NCBI GenBank assembly: GCA_016933055.1
Contig: JAFGBS010000002.1
Coordinates: 60,001 to 92,000 of the forward strand
Direction of reading: 5' to 3'
From: Promethearchaeota archaeon
GTDB lineage: Archaea; Asgardarchaeota; Lokiarchaeia; Sigyniarchaeales; Promethearchaeaceae
DNA length: 32,000 nt
Positions 23,651 through 32,000 of this stretch are shown here, one piece after another (the first letter of the stretch is position 1; each line of letters starts with the position of its first letter). The position numbers were made by a program, and so were the translations under genes. The notes beneath the pieces were generated by a model. That model saw only the letters and a list, made by a program, of their open reading frames with translations, was not told where the DNA came from and searched no databases.

Positions 23651-24304
23651 ATGGATTTCATATATATCATAAATAAGTTCCCGTCCTTATCTAAAAACGA
23701 TATCGACCAAGATCATGTTTCCGAACAGATTTTATCTATTTCCGATATTTTACGTTCGGTATTTCTCTTATCTAATTCATTGTTACATGAAAATAATTTT
23801 TTTATTATTTGTTTGGATCAATTTCTTGAGTTTCCCAAGGAATTGATGATATTTTTTCAAGGAGATAAATTACGATATTTAGCACCCGATGAACGAGGAA
23901 TATTGTATCTTCTCTTAAAAATCCACAAGATTATCACAGGGGAAGGAAATAAGAAACAAGAAAGAAAAGAACATGCAAAATTTATTCAATTACAACGTGC
24001 TCAATCAACTCCCGGGATTTTCATGCAAAAGATATCCATCGAAAATATCTGGCAAATGCATAAATTTCAAGCAGAGAATTATATTATCATAGGAAATTTT
24101 TCCAACAAGTATAACAGAATTCAATCTGTTTTCGAATTACAAGAAACAATAACCTCAAATTCAGTACTTATTATTCCCACAACAGATCTCAATTTCGATT
24201 TCCCTGAAGAATGGAACCTATATGAATTCAATAGTATGGATTGGAAAGAAAAATTTTACGTAAGTGAACTGATTAGTTATATACAAGCAAATATTGCTGA
24301 GTGA
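23651..24304 (+). CDS. Divergent TrmY-like (tRNA pseudouridine-54 N1-methyltransferase, SPOUT) protein
   Basis: ILRSVFLLSN, FQGDKLRYLAPDERGI and QSTPGIF match TrmY hallmarks. The C-terminal SAM-knot motifs are not recognisable. Confidence 0.6.
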   Translation: MDFIYIINKFPSLSKNDIDQDHVSEQILSISDILRSVFLLSNSLLHENNFFIICLDQFLEFPKELMIFFQGDKLRYLAPDERGILYLLLKIHKIITGEGNKKQERKEHAKFIQLQRAQSTPGIFMQKISIENIWQMHKFQAENYIIIGNFSNKYNRIQSVFELQETITSNSVLIIPTTDLNFDFPEEWNLYEFNSMDWKEKFYVSELISYIQANIAE

Positions 24305-24316
24305 GGCATCCGCAAA

Positions 24317-25825
24317 GTGCGATATTTATTAGAAAAAGGATGGATTGTGACACCATTCTCGACACAAATAGGTACGATTCTTATTAAAGGATCGAAAATT
24401 TCCCATATTTTTACTGAAGATGAACAATTGCCTGCGATCGATGAGAAACAAAGAATAAATTGCAGGGGAAAATATATCCTACCTGGTATTATTGACCCCC
24501 ATGTACATTTACGAGACTTGAACCAAATTCATAAAGAAACGATTGAATCGGGTACTCAGGCAGCCATATCCAATGGAATCACGAGTATAATTGCAATGCC
24601 GAATACCTCCCCCCCACTGAATTGCATTGAAACCATTAAAAAGTATACTAGGAAAATTAGACAAACCGCTCATTGCAATGTGGGTATATATGCAAAGCTC
24701 CCCTCGGTTTCACAAAATCTCAGAGAATATTGTCGACACTTGAAGAAGCTTGGAGTATTTGGGATAAAAATATACCCAGGAGACAATCCTGAAATAATAA
24801 ACTGGGAACCTTTGGTGAGAATATGGGAGGACAACAAAGAAGAATTCAATGAGTATATTGATGATCAAGATCGACTCCTCGTGAAAATTCAAAATTATGT
24901 TGACAATCTATATTCAGAAACTCAATTTGCCCAGCAAATCCATGGATGGGAAGAACTTTTTATGGAAACTGCTAAAAGTCACCTTCATCTTTTATTTCAC
25001 GCTGATGTTCCTCTGGATTCTCAAGTCCGGGAGATTCGTTTTAAAACCTTTGACGCAATTCATAAATCTTCCTTAGTTGCCCACTCCACTAATTATAATA
25101 AGCTTCAAGAACTATTACACATCTTTTTTATTTTCAAGATTTTGAATTCAAATCAATCATTCCTATGCCCTCCGATAACTTTTTGTCATGTTTCATCAAT
25201 GCAAGCGATTCAACTGATAGAAAAATTACGAAAAGACCTTCCACATATTAAGATCACCATCGAAATCACCCCTCACCATACCTATCTCTCCCAAAAAATA
25301 GAATTACCCTATTCATCCCATGGAAAAGTTCTGCCTCCACTGAGATTGGAAGAAGATAATCTGTATATACAACATTTATTACATTCTCATAATTTATCAC
25401 AGTTTTATTATGGTAGTGACCATGCACCTCACTCCGAGAAAGAGAAAGCGAAAAATTTTTTACTCACTCCTTCGGGATTCCCGAGCTTAGATGTGTATAG
25501 CAAATATATTTTATCAAAGTATTTTGAAAATGAATGGGATTTACGGCATTTCACTTTTTACTCTTCCTATAATCCAGCAAGAATTTACCATATAAAGAAA
25601 AGGGGATTAATTTATCCAGGTTATTTTGCGGATCTCATAATTTTTGAAAAGGTTCCCGTTTATTCTCTAAATAAGGAGGATTTCAAGAGTACCTCACCTA
25701 TCTGTCCATATCCACTAAACAATATTCAAGTACTCATATCTGATGTATTTTTGAATGGCAAGAACTTATTAGAATCAAAGGGAACATTTATTGCGAGGTC
25801 ATATAATTGGAAACCAACTCATTAA
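24317..25825 (+). CDS. pyrC: Dihydroorotase-family amidohydrolase
   Basis: PGIIDPHVHLRD, AMPNTSPP, FCHVSS, EITPHH, GKVLPPLR, GSDHAPH, NPARIY, ADLII. Confidence 0.8.
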   Translation: MRYLLEKGWIVTPFSTQIGTILIKGSKISHIFTEDEQLPAIDEKQRINCRGKYILPGIIDPHVHLRDLNQIHKETIESGTQAAISNGITSIIAMPNTSPPLNCIETIKKYTRKIRQTAHCNVGIYAKLPSVSQNLREYCRHLKKLGVFGIKIYPGDNPEIINWEPLVRIWEDNKEEFNEYIDDQDRLLVKIQNYVDNLYSETQFAQQIHGWEELFMETAKSHLHLLFHADVPLDSQVREIRFKTFDAIHKSSLVAHSTNYNKLQELLHIFFIFKILNSNQSFLCPPITFCHVSSMQAIQLIEKLRKDLPHIKITIEITPHHTYLSQKIELPYSSHGKVLPPLRLEEDNLYIQHLLHSHNLSQFYYGSDHAPHSEKEKAKNFLLTPSGFPSLDVYSKYILSKYFENEWDLRHFTFYSSYNPARIYHIKKRGLIYPGYFADLIIFEKVPVYSLNKEDFKSTSPICPYPLNNIQVLISDVFLNGKNLLESKGTFIARSYNWKPTH

Positions 25826-25835
25826 GGGAGTGCCT

Positions 25836-26714
25836 ATGAAAAGTTTATCTACCGTTGAAACTCATATTTTGAAACGGAAAATCGAGCAATTTCTTGAAGA
25901 AGACATTCGCTATGGGGACATAACCAGCACTTTACTTGAAAATTTGGAAGTAAGTGCAAAAATTTTATCTAAAAGTAATGGAATAGTGTGTGGAATTCAA
26001 GAAGCAAGAATTATGTGTGATATTTGTGGTGTTCAAATCCTTTTCAGCTTAAATGATGGAGATAATATTCAAAAGGGATTGGAAATCATGCATCTATCTG
26101 GTAAACTTCATGACCTATTGATTATGGAGAGGACATTGCTTAATATTATGATGCGGATGAGCTCAATCGCAACAACCACAAACGAATATGTGAAATTAAT
26201 TAATCAATCAAAGAATACCGTGAAAATAGCTGCAACACGAAAAACAACTCCTGGTTTTCGGTTATTTGAAAAACGGGCGGTATTGGTTGGAGGAAAAGGA
26301 TATTCCGATACCCATAGATGGAGTTTAGATGATATGGTTCTGATTAAAGATACCCATATCGCTGCATCTAACCGAACTATCCCAGATTTAGTTGCTTTCG
26401 CGAAAAGTCAGACGTCATTTTCAAAAAAAATAGAAATTGAAGTACAAACCGCAAAAATAGCAATTTTAGCAGCGCGATCGGGTGTGGATATTCTCATGTT
26501 TGATAATATGAAGCCATCTATCATTAAATCGACCATCCAAAAAATAGTTACAGAATTAGGTAACCAAAGGATTCCAATTTTTGAAGCGTCTGGAAACATT
26601 ACCCTAGAAAATGTGAGTGAATACATTGAAAGCGGAGTTGACGTGATAAGTACGAGTCAAATTACATTTCATCCGGAAAAATCAATTGATATATCATTGG
26701 AAATCATGGACTAG
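25836..26714 (+). CDS. nadC: Nicotinate-nucleotide diphosphorylase (carboxylating)
   Basis: EEDIRYGDITS, ERTLLN, ATRKTTPG, HRWSLDDMVLIKDTH, EIEVQ, MFDNM, EASGNI. ATG at 25836. Confidence 0.95.
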   Translation: MKSLSTVETHILKRKIEQFLEEDIRYGDITSTLLENLEVSAKILSKSNGIVCGIQEARIMCDICGVQILFSLNDGDNIQKGLEIMHLSGKLHDLLIMERTLLNIMMRMSSIATTTNEYVKLINQSKNTVKIAATRKTTPGFRLFEKRAVLVGGKGYSDTHRWSLDDMVLIKDTHIAASNRTIPDLVAFAKSQTSFSKKIEIEVQTAKIAILAARSGVDILMFDNMKPSIIKSTIQKIVTELGNQRIPIFEASGNITLENVSEYIESGVDVISTSQITFHPEKSIDISLEIMD

Positions 26715-26717
26715 AAA

Positions 26718-27101
26718 TCAGATGAATGTAGATGCCGTCAGAGTGTCTTTGATTTTATTAAATGACTGAGTAAAATCATAAATACGAGAATGTTCTCCTA
26801 TTATCACGTAAATCCGTAAAGTTTGTTCATCTAGCATGTACTCAGAAAACGACTTGACTATGTCCTCAAAACGGTGCTCTATTGTTGCAAATTCTTCTGA
26901 TTTACTCGGATCAGGAGAATAGATTACAGAAATAATAGCACGTTTGATTTCTAAACTGTCTTGTCTGCGTTCATGCTCCCCTATAAATTTTAAAATGGCA
27001 TCCCGCAATGCTTCACTGCGGGATAAGTATCCCGATTTTCGCTGTACTTCGTCAAATTTATTTAAAATATCATCAGATAATTGTAAGGAAACCATTGGCA
27101 T
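26718..27101 (-). CDS. NikR/CopG-family ribbon-helix-helix regulator with ACT-like C-terminal domain
   Basis: MVSLQLSDDIL...GYLSRSEALRDAI and a NikR-like C-domain topology. Confidence 0.82.
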   Translation of the reverse strand: MPMVSLQLSDDILNKFDEVQRKSGYLSRSEALRDAILKFIGEHERRQDSLEIKRAIISVIYSPDPSKSEEFATIEHRFEDIVKSFSEYMLDEQTLRIYVIIGEHSRIYDFTQSFNKIKDTLTASTFI

Positions 27102-27157
27102 AAATTATATCTCCAAATTCGATACAATAATATAACCTAGTCTCTCAAAAAAGAATT

Positions 27158-27814
27158 ATGCATACAGACGAGTTTATGGTAAAAGTACATTCAGATACGG
27201 AGAACATTCTCATCGAAGCCAGATTATTTCTTATCGATAAGAACAGAGATTATCCAATCGTTTGTGTTATTTGTCATCCCTATTCCCAGTGGGGCGGCTC
27301 TATGAATAATAATCTTGTTGTTGGAGTAAGAAATCAACTCGTGAAATCAGGTTACCCATGTATTACCTTCAATTTTCGGGGTGTGGGGAAATCTACTGGT
27401 AAAATGGGCACAGGTGTTGAGGAACAGCAGGATCTACAAGCGATATGTACATATGCTCAGAAAATATTTCATTTTACCTCTTTATTTCTTATTGGATATT
27501 CTTATGGGGGACTAATATGCCTTTCTTCAGCTTTACACATAGAAAATCTTACCGGTATGAGTTTAATATCTTATCCTATCGGATTCGTTCCTCATATACA
27601 ACCTGATTATGAGATAGACGTCCCTCTTCTTTTTCTCCACGGAAAACAAGATGATATTATCCCAATCCAAAATGTCCAACAAATAATTCACAGATTTCAT
27701 AGAATTGAGCCCATTTTAATTCCAATTTCCACGGATCATTTCTATAATGGAAAGGAAAAAGAAGCAGGAATAAAGATCAGAGAATTTATAGATTTGATAG
27801 GTCCTCCAAAATAG
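27158..27814 (+). CDS. Alpha/beta-fold hydrolase
   Basis: CHPYSQWGGSMNN, FNFRGVGKS, nucleophile GYSYGG, GKQDDII, DHFY. Confidence 0.92.
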   Translation: MHTDEFMVKVHSDTENILIEARLFLIDKNRDYPIVCVICHPYSQWGGSMNNNLVVGVRNQLVKSGYPCITFNFRGVGKSTGKMGTGVEEQQDLQAICTYAQKIFHFTSLFLIGYSYGGLICLSSALHIENLTGMSLISYPIGFVPHIQPDYEIDVPLLFLHGKQDDIIPIQNVQQIIHRFHRIEPILIPISTDHFYNGKEKEAGIKIREFIDLIGPPK

Positions 27815-28181
27815 GAAGAGCATTTTCCACTGCCCAATCAAACAGTTCATTATTATATTTATCGACTTCATGGTTTTCTGGTTTATCAGTGAGTCCTATA
27901 AGAAGATACACCTTCCCCGATGAAGTTCTAATATTTTGACATAGTATACAACCATCAGAATAAATTGTCTTAAAATATTCTAAATCTGATAAGCCCAAAT
28001 CATCTTTTGCACGTTCACTAGATTCGGAAAGCATTGCACCCATTGCAGCCACCATTTTTTCATTTATATCCTCTATTTTTTGAGAAGCAATTGGCAAACC
28101 ATCCTTCAATGCAAAGATTACACATTTGTATCCATTCTCAGTGAGTTGTTTCAAAATTTCCATCAATCGTGAAGTTGACAT
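27786..28181 (-). CDS. Roadblock/LC7 (MglB-like) domain protein
   Basis: VIFALKDGLPIAS...VAAMGAML..SSERAKDDLGL.DLE. Confidence 0.85.
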   Translation of the reverse strand: MSTSRLMEILKQLTENGYKCVIFALKDGLPIASQKIEDINEKMVAAMGAMLSESSERAKDDLGLSDLEYFKTIYSDGCILCQNIRTSSGKVYLLIGLTDKPENHEVDKYNNELFDWAVENALPILEDLSNL

Positions 28182-28250
28182 TATTTGTGGAACCCTACTA
28201 AATTCGTTATATTTTATATATTTATCTTTATCTCATCAATCCCAATATAG

Positions 28251-28778
28251 TTATCGAAGAGTGACGATATATGCACTTGACAATTCTTCGTCCAAATCCA
28301 AAATTATTACGGTGGGAAGGGGTTTACGTTGAACTTGATAGCGCGTATTTAATGGAGGGGCTTTAGGATGTGTGGGGGAACCGGGGTTAAGATATAAAAA
28401 TCCATGATTTAATTCATAAAACTCCTTGATTAGAGGAATATGCGTATGGCCACTAATAAGAATATCCAAATTTTCTTGTTTCACAAAAGAAAAGGAGGGC
28501 ATTATATGGATTAATCCAATATTCTTATGGTAAAGTTCTAGTTTCCTAAAGGTGGCAAATCTCTCATGGATAGTAGAGTCATCTACATTACCTGCAACAG
28601 CTTCCACAGGTGCAATCCGTTCCAAATCATTAATAAACGCAATATTGGTAATATCTCCAGCGTGTAGGATAAGGTCAACTTCTGCAAAGGCTTGTTCTAT
28701 ACGTTTATATAGTCCCGAATAATTTGCTGTCGAATCTAAATGAGTATCAGATATGATGCCGATTTCCATATGATTCAT
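28251..28778 (-). CDS. YfcE/MJ0936-family metallophosphoesterase
   Basis: ISDTH, HAGD, AGNVD, SGHTH, NPGS. Confidence 0.92.
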   Translation of the reverse strand: MNHMEIGIISDTHLDSTANYSGLYKRIEQAFAEVDLILHAGDITNIAFINDLERIAPVEAVAGNVDDSTIHERFATFRKLELYHKNIGLIHIMPSFSFVKQENLDILISGHTHIPLIKEFYELNHGFLYLNPGSPTHPKAPPLNTRYQVQRKPLPTVIILDLDEELSSAYIVTLR

Positions 28779-28781
28779 CTC

Positions 28782-29843
28782 TTAAATGAAAAAAATTCCA
28801 ATAGCCCAGAATAATAATCCAAAGAAAATGTCTGCAAGAATAATTTTTCTTCTTATATAGGGTTCTGGTAATATGATCTTATATGACTTAAAAAACCCAA
28901 GATAGGATTTTATCCCTGTTCTAAGCTCACGAAAGAACAACGCAGCTAATATCACCGATACACCTATTAAAGGAAAGTAGACTAATTTTGCTAGGTTCCA
29001 TAAGGTAAAATTTTGAGTACTATATAACCACAGAGCGCTGGAGGATATTACATTATTTAAGGTGTGTGCAAGGATAATTGGCCAGATCATACGATTTTTA
29101 AGGAGAAATGTAGCTGAAATGGAACCCACCAAAAATCCCCCCAAACTCCATACGATCGCCGGTAAGATATCGATAACTAAATTTTCACTTGTAAATAGAT
29201 AGGCAAAATGAGATAATCCGAAATATAAGGATGAAATTAAAATCGACGAACTGGGATTAAGGTATTTTTCTGCCCGTACAGTTAAATATCCTCGAAAAAA
29301 GGTTTCCTCCCGGATTCCAACCATCAAATGCAGAAAGATAGAATAGATGATGAAGGTGACAAAGCTTGGAAAATTAAGATATGCATTCACATCAGGGTTT
29401 GTGTTTAAGGATCTTTTTGAATAATCCAAACCCCCTGGAAGGGAATAAGTCAGAAAGTCGAGAGGTATGTAAACCAAAAAAAGCAATAAGAATGTGAAAA
29501 GAAGCTGTGTACCAAAGTTCTTAAAAGTAAATAAGGAATAAGTTTCTTTCAAAGGGGGTTCAGGATTTAGGAGAGGCAACTTGCTTTTGTAAAATACCAA
29601 CTGAACGAATATCAATGAAAGTATTGTTGCAATAAGAACGGATAACAAATTTGTGCCATACAACATTAAACCTTGATATGGATTGGATTCGGAAATCGGG
29701 ATAAGTCGAATTAAGTATTGTAAGCCAATTATAATTAAAAAATTCAGTAACATCAACATAAAGACTTCTAACAAGACATAAAATCTGCGAGTTACAATAT
29801 GAGTGGAATAATCTGCGGGGCTCTCGGGGTTTACATCTGACAT
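28782..29843 (-). CDS. CPBP-family (Abi/Rce1-like) intramembrane glutamic protease
   Basis: EETFFRG, FGLSH and AHTLNN within a multi-TM protein. Confidence 0.9.
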   Translation of the reverse strand: MSDVNPESPADYSTHIVTRRFYVLLEVFMLMLLNFLIIIGLQYLIRLIPISESNPYQGLMLYGTNLLSVLIATILSLIFVQLVFYKSKLPLLNPEPPLKETYSLFTFKNFGTQLLFTFLLLFLVYIPLDFLTYSLPGGLDYSKRSLNTNPDVNAYLNFPSFVTFIIYSIFLHLMVGIREETFFRGYLTVRAEKYLNPSSSILISSLYFGLSHFAYLFTSENLVIDILPAIVWSLGGFLVGSISATFLLKNRMIWPIILAHTLNNVISSSALWLYSTQNFTLWNLAKLVYFPLIGVSVILAALFFRELRTGIKSYLGFFKSYKIILPEPYIRRKIILADIFFGLLFWAIGIFFI

Positions 29844-29884
29844 ATCGGATACCTTTGATTTTGGATTTCTTAATCCAGTAGCTC

Positions 29885-31087
29885 CTAAACAATTTTTCCT
29901 AGAATTTTGGAAAATTGAAATTTTCCCTCTGTAGTGTCAAGTAGAAGATGATTTTTTCTATCACTGTCAGGAGATTTTTCTATGTACCCAATTATTTTTG
30001 CAGGGATGTTGAATCGTTCGGAGATGTTGATTATATCTTGGGATAATTCTTCGGATATAATTATCTCCATACGATGTCCCATATTAAAAACTTGGTACAT
30101 TTCCTCCCAGGATGCTCCCGATGACGCTTGAATTAAACGGAAAATAGGGGGGATTTCAAATAAATCATTTTTAATGTAACAGAGATTGTTCCCAAAATTC
30201 AAGCATTTAGTTTGACCACCTCCCGTATTATGATATATTCCATGGATTTTAGTTTTAAAATGCTGAAAAATCTCCACAATTACGGGAGAATAGGTGCGGG
30301 TTGGAGAAAGTAATCCCTCTCCAACACTGAGATCCGTTCCAGACAATGGTTCAGACAAGAGATGTTTGCCATAAAAAATTAGTTTTTCATCTATGCCATT
30401 ATCATAACACTCAGGATATTTTGTGTAATATTGATGATGAAGAGTTCCATGTCTAGCCAGTGTCAATCCATTACTCGAAATACCACTGTTATACCTAGTT
30501 TCGTAGCTAGCTTTTCCTGAACTTGCTAATCCCACAATAATATCCCCTTCTTGCACATTGTTAGCATCAATTATTTGAGATCGTTTTATTCGGGAAAACA
30601 GCGATACTCCCACTTCCAATGTACGACATAAATCACCTACATCTTCCGTTTCTCCCCCAGCTAAATGGATAGGAAATCCAAGGGCCGTTAACCATTTACA
30701 AAATGAAATATGTTCGTGGATCAATACAGCAAGAATTTCTCCATTTATTAGGCGTTTGTTTCGACTGATAGTGTCTGATATGAGCACGTTTCCAGAAACA
30801 CCTACACATAGTACGTCATCCACATTCATTATGATAGCATCTTGCACGATTCCCTTAAAAAAGGAAAGATCTCCCGTCTCTTTATACATCATATACGCAA
30901 GATTTGCTTTAGTACCTGCAGAATCTGAATGGAAAATCGAGCAATAATCAGTATCCCCACTAATATCTGGAAGAACTTTGCAGAATGCTCCCGGATAAAG
31001 CCCTTTTTCCTGATTTTCTAATGCTTTATGAACCTCTTCTTTAGATGGGGAAACTCCCAGTTCCTCATATATCGTACGTTTTTTCAT
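29885..31087 (-). CDS. purM: Phosphoribosylformylglycinamidine cyclo-ligase (AIR synthase)
   Basis: YEELGVS, GAFCK, DSAGTK, MNVDDVLCVG, GGETEDVGD, SNGLTLARH, HNTGGG, VFNMGHRME. Confidence 0.92.
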   Translation of the reverse strand: MKKRTIYEELGVSPSKEEVHKALENQEKGLYPGAFCKVLPDISGDTDYCSIFHSDSAGTKANLAYMMYKETGDLSFFKGIVQDAIIMNVDDVLCVGVSGNVLISDTISRNKRLINGEILAVLIHEHISFCKWLTALGFPIHLAGGETEDVGDLCRTLEVGVSLFSRIKRSQIIDANNVQEGDIIVGLASSGKASYETRYNSGISSNGLTLARHGTLHHQYYTKYPECYDNGIDEKLIFYGKHLLSEPLSGTDLSVGEGLLSPTRTYSPVIVEIFQHFKTKIHGIYHNTGGGQTKCLNFGNNLCYIKNDLFEIPPIFRLIQASSGASWEEMYQVFNMGHRMEIIISEELSQDIINISERFNIPAKIIGYIEKSPDSDRKNHLLLDTTEGKFQFSKILGKIV

Positions 31088-32000
31088 GACTTGTTCCCTT
31101 GTGATCGATCAAAATACTTTGATTGAATTACTTGTATTAAATTTTCTACCTGTTCAACCGCTTTTCCAATGTAATTCTTCGGATCCAGCAATTCATCCAA
31201 TTCCGTTGGTGAGAATTTATTACTGAATATCGGATGAAGTTTTAAAAGATCTCGTATAGATTTCTTTTCCGTTCTTGCTTGAATTGCCACTGTACGCAGA
31301 ATTTCGTGGGCTTCTTGTCTCCCAATGCCTTTATTTACTAATTCTAGCATAAGACGTTCCGTTAAAATCGCTCCTTCGGTTAAATACAGATTTTTGGTAA
31401 TGTTCTCTTTGTTAAATTCTAACCCACTTAGGATCGTGTGCAATTCTTTTAACATATAATCTAATAAGACAAATGTCTCAGGAAATAAGACTCGTTCTGA
31501 TGCGCTATTGGTCAGATCTCGTTCATCTTCAAGAGTCATATTCTCCAGCGCAATGTAAGTGTTAGATTTAATTACTCTACTTAACCCGCATAATCGTTCA
31601 GATTTATGGGGATTACGCTTTTGGGGCATTGTAGAACTCCCAACTTGTTTCTTTTTAAAAGGTTCATATAATTCAGCTATTTCATTTCTCTGCAATATGC
31701 GGATCTGCCGTGCAATCTTATCTACAGTACCTGCAATTAATGCAAGAATAAGAATCAATTCAGCATATCGATCTCGTTGTAGGATTTGGTTTGCGATTAA
31801 TACAGGTTTTAGATCCAGAAGTTCCATCACTTTGTTTTGGATAGGGACTCCAAGTTCCCCATAGCTTGCCATTGTTCCTACGGCCCCAGACATCTTGCCA
31901 ACCGATATACGAGGCAATAATTCTCTCATCCTATCGATGTGGCGACAAAATTCTGCAGCCCAAACTCCAAAACGCATACCATACGTAGTTGGTAGGGCAT
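31084..32000 (-). CDS. purB: Adenylosuccinate lyase, C-terminal part (5'-truncated by the window edge)
   Basis: The frame is open from the window end (..ALPTTYGMRF). GKMSGAVGT, signature GSSTMPQKRNP, ERDLTNS, GRQEAHE. Confidence 0.95.
   Translation of the reverse strand, partial: ALPTTYGMRFGVWAAEFCRHIDRMRELLPRISVGKMSGAVGTMASYGELGVPIQNKVMELLDLKPVLIANQILQRDRYAELILILALIAGTVDKIARQIRILQRNEIAELYEPFKKKQVGSSTMPQKRNPHKSERLCGLSRVIKSNTYIALENMTLEDERDLTNSASERVLFPETFVLLDYMLKELHTILSGLEFNKENITKNLYLTEGAILTERLMLELVNKGIGRQEAHEILRTVAIQARTEKKSIRDLLKLHPIFSNKFSPTELDELLDPKNYIGKAVEQVENLIQVIQSKYFDRSQGNKS

Noticed and set aside
28251-28778. Retromer Vps29 ortholog
   Set aside because: It retains the full metal-ligand set of ordinary YfcE/MJ0936 phosphoesterases, with no Vps26/Vps35-like neighbours.
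1485-31864. Short shadow ORFs in the supplied track (e.g. 1485-1715, 2706-2942, 4058-4456, 4222-4629, 7585-7827, 9077-9301, 12780-13007, 19246-19584, 21754-22119, 22973-23491, 29560-29892, 31559-31864)
   Set aside because: They lie antisense or out of frame within well-supported genes and have no recognisable motifs.
1-32000. CRISPR arrays, IS elements, integrases, prophage or defence genes, rRNA
   Set aside because: No repeat-spacer arrays, transposase or integrase motifs, or rRNA-like sequence seen. The only mobile elements are the two inteins and the tRNA introns.

Overview
This is low-GC archaeal DNA, most likely from an Asgard archaeon of the Lokiarchaeia/Promethearchaeota type. That assignment is inferred from the archaeal histone, Alba, GPN GTPase, aIF5A and SRP54 together with a RING-H2/TPR protein and a Roadblock protein. 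The window is a dense core-genome region. In order it holds: the 3' end of thrS, an HDAC-family gene, msrB, a thiamine island (NUDIX, thiC, stand-alone thiN, a 7TM-ThiW fusion, an orphan P-loop protein), a minus-strand run of LeuA-like, Lsm, Alba, Alba and RING-TPR genes, a GPN GTPase, tRNA-Pro(GGG) with two introns, tRNA-Arg(GCG), mcm with two inteins, a histone, a LeuB-like dehydrogenase, aIF5A/nucleotidyltransferase/GIFT-domain genes, srp54-trmY-like-pyrC-nadC, a NikR-like regulator, hydrolases, Roadblock, purM and the 3' end of purB. No CRISPR, rRNA, IS element or prophage was seen. The best leads are the ThiW S-component fused to a 7TM domain and overlapping an orphan P-loop gene, a GC-rich structured intergenic element at 17432-17502, a Zn-binding ORF whose frame stays open past its TAA, an IFT52-like GIFT protein, the double-intron tRNA, and a leader motif shared by both alba genes. 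All calls come from motif recognition by eye; no searches were run.
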